A DNA stretch of 64,000 nucleotides from an uncultured delta proteobacterium (lineage in GTDB: Bacteria; Bdellovibrionota; FAC87; UBA2466). The DNA is taken from the NCBI GenBank assembly GCA_963778115.1, contig CAVZSV010000005.1, positions 501,863 through 565,862 of the forward strand, written 5' to 3'. Below the pieces are notes generated by a model. That model had not been told where the DNA came from. It saw only the letters and a program-made list of their open reading frames with translations, and made no database searches. Below, piece by piece: positions 20,386 through 30,582 of the stretch (position 1 is its first letter; every line of letters starts with the position of its first letter). Made by a program: the position numbers and the translations under genes.

Positions 20386-20852
20386 GCCAGAATCGCCCCC
20401 TTTCCGTCTTTTTTGCGAAGCCCTAAGTTTTCCGAACGGACTTTTATTCTTACGACAGGGAAATTAAGGGCTTAGAACTTCATCGCCAATACCATTTAGG
20501 CGTAAAATTAAGTGGAAAACTATCTGACGAAGCCCTCTGTTCTAGCCAACTCTCCAAAAAATAGACAGATCGAGCAGGCGATCTAAACAAAGTCCCACCG
20601 GGTCAGACACTTACTCTAGCTACTTCTTGGACACCGAACCGGTGACACTCTTCGAGCCAGATTAAGTCTCTTGAATGTCTTTGCTTCCGACAAATATGAA
20701 GACTGTGGTGTCTAAATATTGTCCTGCCGACTTTGTCAGTGAAACTACATTTTGATGTGACGCGTCATGTCTTTTCGCTGTCATTGCGGAATGGTTGCTC
20801 GTAGAATAGCTCCAATATTTAAAAATAGTCTTCGATTTCAAGTAATTTAGTA

Positions 20853-22172
20853 ATGAAACGTCCTTCGAAACGTACCTCTAAAACGCTGGGCCCCCTCCTC
20901 TCGTTCTGCCTGATTTACCTTTTGTGCTTTTCGATCTGTGTATGCACTCGGGGCAACGCCCAATCGTTTGCGGGCTCACAACAGAAGTCGGCAAATCTAT
21001 TGTTAGCGGAAACAGAAGGGGCTTCGGCATCTGAGGAACCACCACCGCCCCCAGAGACACCTCCCGCTGCTCCCGTAAGAAAAAAGAGAAAGAAAAAAGA
21101 GGTCGCTCCTGCCGATGATGGATCCATCGATCTATCGGCCGCCGATGCGCCCACGAATGAGCCCGCCCCCTCCTCCTCAAGCGCCTCCTACCATCATGGA
21201 GGGGGCTCAAATTCGGAGCCCCATTTTAGCGCCTACTTTGATTTGCTCTTGGCCGATCAGCCGGGAAAGTCGGGATTTACTTTCGAGAACTTCCATCCCC
21301 TTTTGCTCTTTGAGATTGTCCCCACCTCCGATCTCATGTTCTCTTTTGAAGTAAACCCAAGTCCGCGCTATTTCGAGTTGGACTATACGGCAGCCAGTTG
21401 GCTGCAAGTTCGGCTCGGCAAAATCTGGATCCCCTTTGACGACATGAATCCCCACAATCTGTTTGGCGGCATCGTGACCGCCAGTCGGATGCGTGTCATC
21501 GACATTGCTTATCTTCCCGACATTTGGACCGATTTGGGAGTAGGAGCGAAACTAACGCTGCTTGAATCTCGTAGTCTTAATCTAGACGCGCAACTTTACG
21601 TGGTGAATGGTTTCGGGAATCAAGGAGCTCAGCCCCAAGGTCTCTCCCAGCAAGTGGACTACCCGAACTTCTCCGATATTGCTCCGTTTCAAACGGATAA
21701 TAATACCGACAAAGCTTTCGGTGGAAGATTTCACGCTTTAATCAGTCAAATTTGGGGAGTGGGCTTCTCCTTCTACTCCGGGCGCTGGACTACCGACGCC
21801 GAAGCGAATAAACGCGTTAACATGTTTGGATTTGACTCTCAGCTACGGCTCGGAAGAAACCAGATTAAGCTTGGCCTTTCCACAATGCACGTTGACCTTT
21901 TGAGTGGCGGCTCTTTCAATCGAAACGGCGACTACATCGAGTTTAGTCGAAAAATGGGATCGGCTGATCAGTGGACCGCTTTCACTCGAGCGGGATGGAT
22001 TGACGACGATGATAGGATCGTTGACGAAAATAATGTCTTTACCGTTGGCGGCGGACTTAAGTGGAAACCCAGCGTGGTCTCTTTTTCATTGGAGTACTAT
22101 CGCGACCTTCACCATGTCGACGCGAAGGTCGGTTACGATTTCATCTTCCTACGAACGGTTGTCCAGCTGTAA
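20853..22172 (+). CDS. Putative outer-membrane porin (beta-barrel) with disordered N-terminus
   Basis: Signal peptide, RLGKIWIPF, DNNTDKAFGGR, amphipathic strands; paralog of 23973..25625. Confidence 0.72.
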   Translation: MKRPSKRTSKTLGPLLSFCLIYLLCFSICVCTRGNAQSFAGSQQKSANLLLAETEGASASEEPPPPPETPPAAPVRKKRKKKEVAPADDGSIDLSAADAPTNEPAPSSSSASYHHGGGSNSEPHFSAYFDLLLADQPGKSGFTFENFHPLLLFEIVPTSDLMFSFEVNPSPRYFELDYTAASWLQVRLGKIWIPFDDMNPHNLFGGIVTASRMRVIDIAYLPDIWTDLGVGAKLTLLESRSLNLDAQLYVVNGFGNQGAQPQGLSQQVDYPNFSDIAPFQTDNNTDKAFGGRFHALISQIWGVGFSFYSGRWTTDAEANKRVNMFGFDSQLRLGRNQIKLGLSTMHVDLLSGGSFNRNGDYIEFSRKMGSADQWTAFTRAGWIDDDDRIVDENNVFTVGGGLKWKPSVVSFSLEYYRDLHHVDAKVGYDFIFLRTVVQL

Positions 22173-22179
22173 CGCAAAC

Positions 22180-22737
22180 CTAAGACGGATTAACCGCCGT
22201 CGACTCCAGAAACTGAAGCAGCATAGGATTTACCGCGATATTTTTTTCGGATCGGAGTGAGTCCTCGGAGACTCCGTAAACGGAAGCCAATACGTCCAAG
22301 AACTCGTCGGCCAAGATGAGATACACCTTTGTCCCACTGCACGTCTCTCCGGCAGCGGCCCTCGCCTCGGCCTCCCCTTCTTTGACCTTATCCTTTCGAG
22401 TGGGATCCAAGAATCCCAGGTTGAGGACCTTTCTTTGCCGCAAGAGCCCGGGCTGCATCTTATACCCCAAAGGGAGCATCCCAAATTTTAGCAACGCATC
22501 GGGAGAAAGTAGATTTCGAGTCACTTGAGGAAAATACCGCGGGTTGAGATGAAAAAAATCGATATCGTAACCCACGTCCAGTGCGGGAACCGCGGTTTCC
22601 GTCTTAAGCATTCCCAAATGAACCGCCGCATCGCCAAATCGGAGCCCCGTCGCGCGCGCATGGCGCAAGACATCTCCGACCTGTTTCTCCGTCAGGACAC
22701 CAAGTTCAATTAAAAATTCGCCGATTTTTTTTGACAT
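22180..22737 (-). CDS. MshEN (GspE/PilB N-terminal)-like protein without ATPase domain
   Basis: KIGEFLIELGVLTEKQV...LRFGDAAVHLG tandem motif; 185 aa, no Walker A. Confidence 0.7.
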   Translation of the reverse strand: MSKKIGEFLIELGVLTEKQVGDVLRHARATGLRFGDAAVHLGMLKTETAVPALDVGYDIDFFHLNPRYFPQVTRNLLSPDALLKFGMLPLGYKMQPGLLRQRKVLNLGFLDPTRKDKVKEGEAEARAAAGETCSGTKVYLILADEFLDVLASVYGVSEDSLRSEKNIAVNPMLLQFLESTAVNPS

Positions 22738-23104
22738 TGTTTTTTCCGAGTAGAATTAAAGTGTAACGGCCCACCCCAGAATGGGAAAGAGAAAAAACTG
22801 AGTACAATTAGGAGCTCCCCTTAGGGGCGTCTTAGGGTTGAAGGCGCAAGAAAGACAGTCCGCTTTTTATCGGCGATAACAAAAATTACCAAGCTAGTCA
22901 CTGTCCAAAACCTCGGCAAAGGCCGCCTCTTAGCTTCCCAAATTCAACCCTTTACGCGAAACTCGCTTCCAATTCCCCCGCTGTCTAAGTTTCAGCCAGC
23001 TCACCCCCTTGAAACCTTAGAGAAAACATAATATCAGGCACGCGCTGTCAATAAGTTCGTCATCTGCTTAGACTCGCTTCGCTTGGCTACAGGCTGGATA
23101 GCTT

Positions 23105-23120
23105 TGGCACGAACCATGCT
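23105..23120 (+). promoter_or_regulatory. Sigma54 -24/-12 promoter
   Basis: TGGCACGAACCATGCT with correct GG-N10-GC spacing, upstream of the oxidoreductase. Confidence 0.65.
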
Positions 23121-23139
23121 CGTTATTTCATAAAGTCTT

Positions 23140-23976
23140 TTGGTCACTATTGAGAACAAGAGCCCCATGATTGCAAAATCTTACACTTGCCGCGTTTTAG
23201 ATAATACTTGGATTACTCCAACCGTATTTCGTCTTCGCTTTCAAACTCTCAAGAAAATGCCATTTCAACCCGGGCAATTTGTAAGTGTGGTGGTACCGGG
23301 AAATTCCAGTAATTTGGAAACGGTGAAGCGCTGTTACTCGCTGGCCTCAGCACCCATTGAAGCTACCAAGAGCGGTTACTACGAACTCTGCGTCAAATAC
23401 GTTAACGCAGGACGAGGAACCGCTTATCTGGCCTCTCTTTCCGTGGGAGCTGATTTTCAAGTCTATGGGCCTTACGGCCACATGCAATACCATCCGGTGC
23501 AGGAAGATAGATCGGTCTGTTTTATCAGCACGGGAACCGGGATTGCCCCTTTGCGATCGATCATTTGTTCAGGAGAGTTTCAATCAGCTCGTCCTAAAGA
23601 CGTTCTTAATATTGTCGGAGTTCGCACTGAAGACGAAGTGTTGTATGCGGAGGATTTTTCGAGGGTAAAAGTTAGGACAATCTATGCGGTTTCAAAACCA
23701 AGCCCTACGTGGAACGGCTTCCGAGGTCGCGTGACAGATTTTCTGCAAACTCTGCCCAGCTCCTGGAATTGGTATTCTACGGATTTCTATATCTGCGGAA
23801 GCGGAGAGATGGTTAATGAAGTAAGTCAATTTTTAGTAGGTGCCCGAGGTGTCTCGCAGAAAGCGCTCTGTAAAGAGGCTTTTACTCCCTCGCAGCCAGC
23901 AAAACCCAATTCGAAAAAAGAGGGCCAACCGAAGACCTCGGAAATCATCTCCCTCAAAATAAAACAGGTCGCTTAA
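23140..23976 (+). CDS. FNR-like FAD/NAD(P)-binding oxidoreductase (start possibly 23167)
   Basis: FQPGQF, RCYSLAS, GPYG, STGTGIAPL, YICGS..M motifs. Confidence 0.9.
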   Translation: MVTIENKSPMIAKSYTCRVLDNTWITPTVFRLRFQTLKKMPFQPGQFVSVVVPGNSSNLETVKRCYSLASAPIEATKSGYYELCVKYVNAGRGTAYLASLSVGADFQVYGPYGHMQYHPVQEDRSVCFISTGTGIAPLRSIICSGEFQSARPKDVLNIVGVRTEDEVLYAEDFSRVKVRTIYAVSKPSPTWNGFRGRVTDFLQTLPSSWNWYSTDFYICGSGEMVNEVSQFLVGARGVSQKALCKEAFTPSQPAKPNSKKEGQPKTSEIISLKIKQVA

Positions 23977-25625
23977 AACTCCATGACCACGCGAAACGCG
24001 GCATAATCGTAATTTATCTTGATCGGAATGGGATTAAGGTCGCGACTGTATTCCAGAGACAACTGTACGGGACCTGGTTTGTAGAGAATGGCACCTCCCA
24101 CGATGGTCATGTCAGTCACATCGGTCACTCGGCTGTCGTTTTGAACTTGCCCCCCTCGAAGCAGTACCTTCCATATCCCAAATGTCTGCCCTAGCTCCGC
24201 GTAATAGCCACCTCTATAAAAATACCCAAGACTATAGGGCAATTCGACATTCATATAAACATACCCGGTGCGAAACTCCGTGGTATCCGACAGACGCAAC
24301 TGAGCGTCGACACCCAACATCCACAGGGCTGCGGAGGCAATACTTTGGCTCGTATAAACGTCATAATAGGCCGAGGTTCCGAACGAAAAGACATTCTTGA
24401 ATAGGTCCATTGAGAAACGGCCGCCCACGGCTTTGGCATTATTATTGTCGCTTGTGCCAATGCTTCCAAAGTTGGGATAGGAAGGAGATCTACCCAGGGG
24501 ATCGACGGCTTGCTGATCTCCAAATCCGTTAACGACATAAAACTGAAGATCGGATTTAGTGTCGCGCTCGTCTAGCCAGCGATACTTAATGGCAACTCCA
24601 AGATCCGTCCAGATATCAGGAAGAAAAGACGTCCCCCCCACTGGAACAAGCTTCTGCACGTTCGCACGACCGCCGAAAAAGGAATGAGGGCCTAAATCGT
24701 CGAAAGGGATAAAGATGCGTCCCATCCTCAACGTAAATTTGGGAAAAATGACGTAATCCAGTTCGTAGAAGCGCGGATTCGGATTTACTTCGACCGAGAA
24801 ATAAATGTTATGAGAGGGAAGAAAATCGATGAACAGAATATTGTGATAGGTATCGAAGGTCAGCGGAGGCGTTATTCCCGGCCGATACGTAAGAAGCCAA
24901 TCAAAGAGAACTCGAAAGTGCGGTTTGAATTTTGACGGCGCGTGGAACGAATTAACTACGTTATTGTCCTCGATGGGCTTAGACGTCTCGTCTTTTGCCG
25001 TTACGGTGGCGGTTGGTGTCGGTGGAGCTTCCACCTTATCCAAATCGACGGGTCCATCTTCCTCTTTGGCCTCTTTCTCCGCTTTTTTGGAGGTCTTTTT
25101 CTTACTGACTTCGGCCTCTTTTTTAAGCGTCTCCGCGGGAACTTCGGGCGGCGGCGGAGGCTCGACTTCCGGTTTCGCCACCGAGACGCCCGCGTTCGTT
25201 TTGGACTTTTCCTCTCCTTCAGCGATATCAGGCGGAGGCTTTCCACTCAGATTAGTGGACAGTTCTACTAAGTCGCCCCTTTGGACGCGATGATGGGCCC
25301 GGTAGTCGAACTTGATGACAGCCCCTTTAGGGCCTACTTTGATTACATATCCGCAAGCAAGTTCATCGTCGCCTCTGACGACACAGGCATAATCCTTCAG
25401 CTTCCAATTGCGCGACGGATCGTGAGAAATGGCCGCCATGGATTGCCTGGGATCTACTTTAAGAACCTCGGCGGCAAAAAGAGGTAAAAAGGTTACAGCG
25501 GAGAAAACTGAAATAATAAAGAGGGAGCGAGACCTCATCCGATTGCCGGCTCTCATCAAAATAACTAAGAAATAGAAAAACTTAACTCCGGTAAATATAG
25601 CGTGAAGAGAACGGGAATGCATCAT
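23973..25625 (-). CDS. Putative outer-membrane porin with extra N-terminal small beta domain (true start likely downstream of 25625)
   Basis: Shares EVNP.PR..ELDY, LPDIWTDLGV, YVVNGFG and DNN..KA.GGRF with 20853..22172; ends in Phe. Confidence 0.72.
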   Translation of the reverse strand: MMHSRSLHAIFTGVKFFYFLVILMRAGNRMRSRSLFIISVFSAVTFLPLFAAEVLKVDPRQSMAAISHDPSRNWKLKDYACVVRGDDELACGYVIKVGPKGAVIKFDYRAHHRVQRGDLVELSTNLSGKPPPDIAEGEEKSKTNAGVSVAKPEVEPPPPPEVPAETLKKEAEVSKKKTSKKAEKEAKEEDGPVDLDKVEAPPTPTATVTAKDETSKPIEDNNVVNSFHAPSKFKPHFRVLFDWLLTYRPGITPPLTFDTYHNILFIDFLPSHNIYFSVEVNPNPRFYELDYVIFPKFTLRMGRIFIPFDDLGPHSFFGGRANVQKLVPVGGTSFLPDIWTDLGVAIKYRWLDERDTKSDLQFYVVNGFGDQQAVDPLGRSPSYPNFGSIGTSDNNNAKAVGGRFSMDLFKNVFSFGTSAYYDVYTSQSIASAALWMLGVDAQLRLSDTTEFRTGYVYMNVELPYSLGYFYRGGYYAELGQTFGIWKVLLRGGQVQNDSRVTDVTDMTIVGGAILYKPGPVQLSLEYSRDLNPIPIKINYDYAAFRVVMEF

Positions 25626-25879
25626 TTCTTCTTCTGGGCTGCTGGGCCGGGGAAAAGGCCGCTATGTTCCTTTCAAAAGTCGTTACCTATATTTTTCATA
25701 GCTCTAACCATTCGAATATTTGAGCTATTTTCAGCACCCCAAGATGAACTATTGAAATTTTGACTCAAAGCGCATTAAACTCCCGTTCCAAAGTCGTACA
25801 TCTTGACCAATTCGACCCTTACTGTCGTTCGTGGAGGCCTAGCCGAAATCTCTAAGATGTCGGATAAGCCCGTGAAAAG

Positions 25880-26590
25880 TTGCTTAAAGAGGTAAAAATG
25901 GAAAACCACGCAGACTATACGATTACTGTCGATGACGATCCCATGGTCCACCGAATCGTGGAACGGGCCACCCGGATGAAATCGGTTCCCTTCACTTCGG
26001 GGAAAGCTCTCCTGGGTGAAATTACCCAACACCAGCCTTCCGCTGTCTTTGTCGATATCCATCTAGGGGTTGAAGATTCAGGCCTTCATTTGATTCCCGA
26101 ACTTCGCGAGCGATGGCCGTTCGTTCCGATCATTATCATTACTAGTGATCCCAGCGAAGACGCAGTGAGTGAGGCGTTGGCTTGCGGTGCCGATGATTTT
26201 GTCACCAAACCCCTGCGTTCTCAGGAGCTTCTTGCGCGATTGCAGGCCCGTCTCACGGATCAATCGTTAAAAGAAGCGAAACAAGCTTTTCATTTAGGAA
26301 ATCTCGTTTTTGATAGCTCTCATCGTTTGCTAACCGGACCCGGTGGCTATAGATACTTATCGACGACTGAGACGAACCTCTTACTTTGCTTGCTTCAAGC
26401 CAAAGGCTCCATTGTCCTGCGCGATACATTGAAGCTGCGCTGTTGGGGTCCCCTTAAGGTGAGTGACGGAGCTTTAGATTGTAAGATCTTCGAAGTCCGA
26501 CGAGCTTTGGAAGAGATTGGTGGAAACACGACCATCAAGACCGCTTATGGTGTGGGTTTCGGACTTACGATCCAGCAAGAAGCCGTCTAA
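25880..26590 (+). CDS. OmpR-family response regulator (start likely 25898)
   Basis: Receiver DDD..D..GADDFVTKP plus winged-helix IKTAYGVGF. Confidence 0.88.
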   Translation: MLKEVKMENHADYTITVDDDPMVHRIVERATRMKSVPFTSGKALLGEITQHQPSAVFVDIHLGVEDSGLHLIPELRERWPFVPIIIITSDPSEDAVSEALACGADDFVTKPLRSQELLARLQARLTDQSLKEAKQAFHLGNLVFDSSHRLLTGPGGYRYLSTTETNLLLCLLQAKGSIVLRDTLKLRCWGPLKVSDGALDCKIFEVRRALEEIGGNTTIKTAYGVGFGLTIQQEAV

Positions 26591-26618
26591 AAGTTCGAAT
26601 TTCGGTAATGGGTGACAT

Positions 26619-29600
26619 TTGAGCTACCAGGAGAAGATTCAAGACGATAGGCGTCCGCTTAACGTTTTGCTCATCGAGGACAACCCCGGGGACGCTCGGC
26701 TTGTCCAAGAAGCACTGCTACATAACCCCTCAGGGTTAGACTTCAATATCAAATTAACCGGAAGACTGGGCGAAGGTCTCCAATGGCTACGCGCTAATCC
26801 CGTTGACGTCATCCTGCTCGATCTTAATCTTCCGGATAGCTTCGGTTTTGAAACCTTCTCCAATGTCCACGAACAGTTTCCCGACCTGCCCGTCGTCGTC
26901 TTAAGTGGAGAAGGGACCGAGGACCTAGCGATTAAGACAGTAGACGCGGGAGCCCAAGACTACCTCTTTAAAGACTCGCTCACCAACCACTCTCTCGTAG
27001 TGAGAATGATCCGTTATGCCGTGGGTAGATACCGCATCCGAAAGCAGCTAAAGGTTACCGAAGATAGACTACGTACCGTAATTGAAAGTACCTCCGATGG
27101 GCTGATTATCGTCGATTTACAGGGTAAAATACGTTTCGCAAATCGTGCTGCCGAACTTCTTCTGGAATCCAGTACCGACGCCCTCATCGACAAACCCTTT
27201 CCCTTTCCTATCAAAACCGAAGAAGAGGTGGAAGTTACCCTTAATCATTCTACTCATCGACGAGTTTTACTCGCCATCCGCACGACTCGAACTCAATGGG
27301 ACGATAAAAACGCTTACTGTGCTTCCTTGCGCAATGTGACCGAAAGAGTCCAGGCGGAAGAGGCATTGGTCCGAAGTGAACAGCGGCTTAGAATGGTTGT
27401 GTCCAACATTCCAGTAGTTTTATTCGCTTTGGATACCACCGGAAAGGTGACCTTACTCGAAGGAAAGGGGCTTCACTCGCTTTCGATCGGAGCCGATCGG
27501 ATCCTCGGAAAAAATATTTTTGATTTCACCAAGAAGGATTCGCCTTTTGAAAAGGATCTTTCTAGAGCTCTTAACGGAGAAGAATTTACTTCGGAAGTGG
27601 AAACACGCCTGGGACGCCGATTAGAGACGATGTACTCGCCCGTCTTAGATGCTTCCGGCCGACCCACTGGCGTTATCGGAATTTGTTTAGACATTACCGA
27701 GCGCACGGAGATGGAAGAGGCCATAAAGCTTGAGCGTCAGAGACTTTATCGGATCGTATCGGAAGCCCCTATTGCCATGGCCGTGGTGGATAGGGATCTT
27801 CGCTACGTGACCCATAGCAAGAAATGGCTCTCTGACTATGCTCTGAGCGAACAAAATATCATCGGCAAGAGCCATCTAGAAGTGCTCCCTCATCTTGCCG
27901 AAAAGTGGGCTCCTATCCTCGCAGAAGCGTTCAAAGGAAAAGCGCTATCCAATTCAGATGACATTTTCTCGCTAGCAGACGGCTCCCCACTCCACTTGAG
28001 ATGGGCACTGCATCCGCTCCAAGAGGCGGGAAAAGAGACCACAGGTGTTGTGATCGTGACTGATGCGATTAACGAGCTCGTCGAAGCTAGAAAGACCGCG
28101 GAGCGTGCGGCAAGGCTAAAGTCCGAGTTCTTAGCTAATATGAGTCACGAAATAAGAACTCCGATGAATGGGGTGATCGGAATGACGAGTCTGCTACTAG
28201 AGACCTCATTAACTCCAGAGCAGAGAGAATATACGGAGACCATTCGAACCTCGGGCGAGCTGTTACTCAATCTAATAAACGATATTTTAGATTTTTCGAA
28301 GATCGAATCGGGCAAAGTAAGCTTGGAAGTGACCAGCTTTAACTTACAGAGTGTCATTGAAGAGACGATGGATCTTTTCTCAGACCATACGCGAAATAAG
28401 CCAGTATTTCTGACCAATCTAGTAAATCCTCACGTCCCCGAGTTGGTCCGGGGGGACCCCTGGCGGCTGCGTCAGATTCTCTCCAATCTCGTCGGTAATG
28501 CCATCAAGTTCACCGATAATGGTTATGTGGTTATCAGTGCCGAACTCGTCGAAACCAGAAGAGATGCTATCGCCATTCGCTTCGACATCAAAGACTCAGG
28601 CATCGGGATCGAATTAGACAAAATGGGGCAGCTTTTCCAATCCTTCTCCCAAGCTGATAGTTCGACCACTCGACGATTCGGAGGCACCGGCCTTGGCCTT
28701 GCGATCTCTAAAAGGCTTGTCGAACTCATGGGCGGTGAGATTGGCGTTACCAGTCACCCCGGGGAAGGGAGTCAATTTTGGTTTACCGTCTGGCTTACCA
28801 AAGAGTTGGGAGACCAACCTAGTTGGGCGTCCTCTTTCACTTCTCTGGAGGAAAAAACTATCGCCGTGCTATCTAACGACGATGCCGTCCAAGTCAGCCT
28901 CGCCAACTCGTTAGCGTTAATGGGAACCCATGTAGTCAAAGGTGCCGTCAACAACCACTGCCTAACGGAAAAGAGTCTTGCCGAACTCTCGCGATCCCCG
29001 GTGACCGCCTGTGTGCTTGACGCTTCTACCGATCCGCACTTCACGATGAAGCAGCTTTCAGAAATGGGACTAAGCGAAACGCGTTTGCTTGTCATCGTTC
29101 CCCCTGGCTTTGCGGGTGAGAGTGAATTTCCAGATTCCGTCGAATTCGTCCGCAAACCGATCCGGCAAACCGATCTCTATAAGACCTTAGCGCGGTTGAT
29201 CCGCAATCAGAAACATCGCGAATTGAAACCTCGCTCCGACCCCAGCACGGTAACACCGATAACCTATCCGACCGCCAAGGAGCCTCAAATTAGAGGACTC
29301 GTCTTGGTGGCCGAAGACAATATTGTAAATCAAAAGATAGCCGTTCAAATGCTTAGCCGCTTGGGCTATCGCACCGACACGGTAGCCAATGGCCTAGAAG
29401 CCGCCGAAGCCGCCGAACGCATTCCCTACGATGCCATCCTCATGGATTGCCAAATGCCCGAAATGGATGGGTTCGAGGCCACCGCTAAAATCCGCAGTCG
29501 CGAGCGCGCCCTTGGCAAACACACTCCGATCATCGCCATGACCGCTCATGCATTAAAAGGAGATAGAGAAAAGTGTTTAGCGGCGGGGATGGACGAATAT

Positions 29601-30041
29601 ATTGCAAAGCCGGTAAAACTCGAAGATGTTCACAAATGTATGGAACATATCCGACCCAATAACAGTTCCCCTACCGCCGTTGAAAATTCTCTAGACGTGA
29701 GTGTACTCAATTCCTATCGAGACCTAAACGAAAGCGACTCCGACGATTTCCTTACGGAAATCATCGATATTTTCATCGAAAGTACGCCTCCTCTAATTGC
29801 CGATCTTCGTGCCGCTCTGGGAAATGGCGACAATAAGATCGTAAAGAAATTGGCCCACAAACTAAAAGGCAGCAGTGCCAATCTCGGCGCGGTGTTACTC
29901 ATGCAGTTTTGCGAACGATTAGAGCGGCAGGGATTGGATGCCGCCTTGGACAACAACAAAGTGCCTCTCATCGATCGCATCGACAAAGAATTTCAGTTTG
30001 TTAAGTCCACCTTGCAAAAAGAGTGGCGCGCGCAGGCTTAA
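26619..30041 (+). CDS. Hybrid histidine kinase REC-PAS(x3)-HisKA-HATPase-(pseudoREC)-REC-HPt
   Basis: EFLANMSHEIRTPMNG, NAIKFT, GGTGLGL, MDCQMP, AHKLKGSS. Confidence 0.93.
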   Translation: MSYQEKIQDDRRPLNVLLIEDNPGDARLVQEALLHNPSGLDFNIKLTGRLGEGLQWLRANPVDVILLDLNLPDSFGFETFSNVHEQFPDLPVVVLSGEGTEDLAIKTVDAGAQDYLFKDSLTNHSLVVRMIRYAVGRYRIRKQLKVTEDRLRTVIESTSDGLIIVDLQGKIRFANRAAELLLESSTDALIDKPFPFPIKTEEEVEVTLNHSTHRRVLLAIRTTRTQWDDKNAYCASLRNVTERVQAEEALVRSEQRLRMVVSNIPVVLFALDTTGKVTLLEGKGLHSLSIGADRILGKNIFDFTKKDSPFEKDLSRALNGEEFTSEVETRLGRRLETMYSPVLDASGRPTGVIGICLDITERTEMEEAIKLERQRLYRIVSEAPIAMAVVDRDLRYVTHSKKWLSDYALSEQNIIGKSHLEVLPHLAEKWAPILAEAFKGKALSNSDDIFSLADGSPLHLRWALHPLQEAGKETTGVVIVTDAINELVEARKTAERAARLKSEFLANMSHEIRTPMNGVIGMTSLLLETSLTPEQREYTETIRTSGELLLNLINDILDFSKIESGKVSLEVTSFNLQSVIEETMDLFSDHTRNKPVFLTNLVNPHVPELVRGDPWRLRQILSNLVGNAIKFTDNGYVVISAELVETRRDAIAIRFDIKDSGIGIELDKMGQLFQSFSQADSSTTRRFGGTGLGLAISKRLVELMGGEIGVTSHPGEGSQFWFTVWLTKELGDQPSWASSFTSLEEKTIAVLSNDDAVQVSLANSLALMGTHVVKGAVNNHCLTEKSLAELSRSPVTACVLDASTDPHFTMKQLSEMGLSETRLLVIVPPGFAGESEFPDSVEFVRKPIRQTDLYKTLARLIRNQKHRELKPRSDPSTVTPITYPTAKEPQIRGLVLVAEDNIVNQKIAVQMLSRLGYRTDTVANGLEAAEAAERIPYDAILMDCQMPEMDGFEATAKIRSRERALGKHTPIIAMTAHALKGDREKCLAAGMDEYIAKPVKLEDVHKCMEHIRPNNSSPTAVENSLDVSVLNSYRDLNESDSDDFLTEIIDIFIESTPPLIADLRAALGNGDNKIVKKLAHKLKGSSANLGAVLLMQFCERLERQGLDAALDNNKVPLIDRIDKEFQFVKSTLQKEWRAQA

Positions 30042-30083
30042 CTGTCATTGCTAAGCGAAGCTGACGCAACCTGTTGGCCGACA

Positions 30084-30512
30084 TTACTGCGGCAACTCCA
30101 CCATCTTCAGCCAAAAATCTTCAATGGCTTTTACCACAGCAAAAAATCTATCGAGATCGACCGGTTTGGTAATGTAACAATTGGCGTAATAGTCGTAGCT
30201 TTTATTGATATCCTCTTCCGCTTTAGAGGTAGTCAGCACAACGACGGGGATACGTCTAAGATCCGCATCGCGTTTGATTTCGGCTAAGACTTCTCGGCCG
30301 TCTTTACGAGGGAGGTTTAGATCTAGAATGATAAGGGTAGGCCGGATAGCTTCAGAATACTTGCCCTCACGACGAAGGTAGGCCATCGCCTCAACACCAT
30401 CTTGGACGATATTGAGTTGAACGGAAGTCGTTCCGTTTCTCAACGCCTCCAGAGTCAGGCGCTGATCTCCGGAATTGTCTTCGACCAGCAGAATTTGATA
30501 TTTTGAGGTCAT
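30084..30512 (-). CDS. Single-domain response regulator (Rcp1-like)
   Basis: [33 protein letters not shown]. Confidence 0.92.
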   Translation of the reverse strand: MTSKYQILLVEDNSGDQRLTLEALRNGTTSVQLNIVQDGVEAMAYLRREGKYSEAIRPTLIILDLNLPRKDGREVLAEIKRDADLRRIPVVVLTTSKAEEDINKSYDYYANCYITKPVDLDRFFAVVKAIEDFWLKMVELPQ

Positions 30513-30582
30513 TCTCGTTCTCGCCTCTGCTTATATCACCACATGCCCGGACCGACCAAGGAAAGCTTAACTTCATGTTTAG

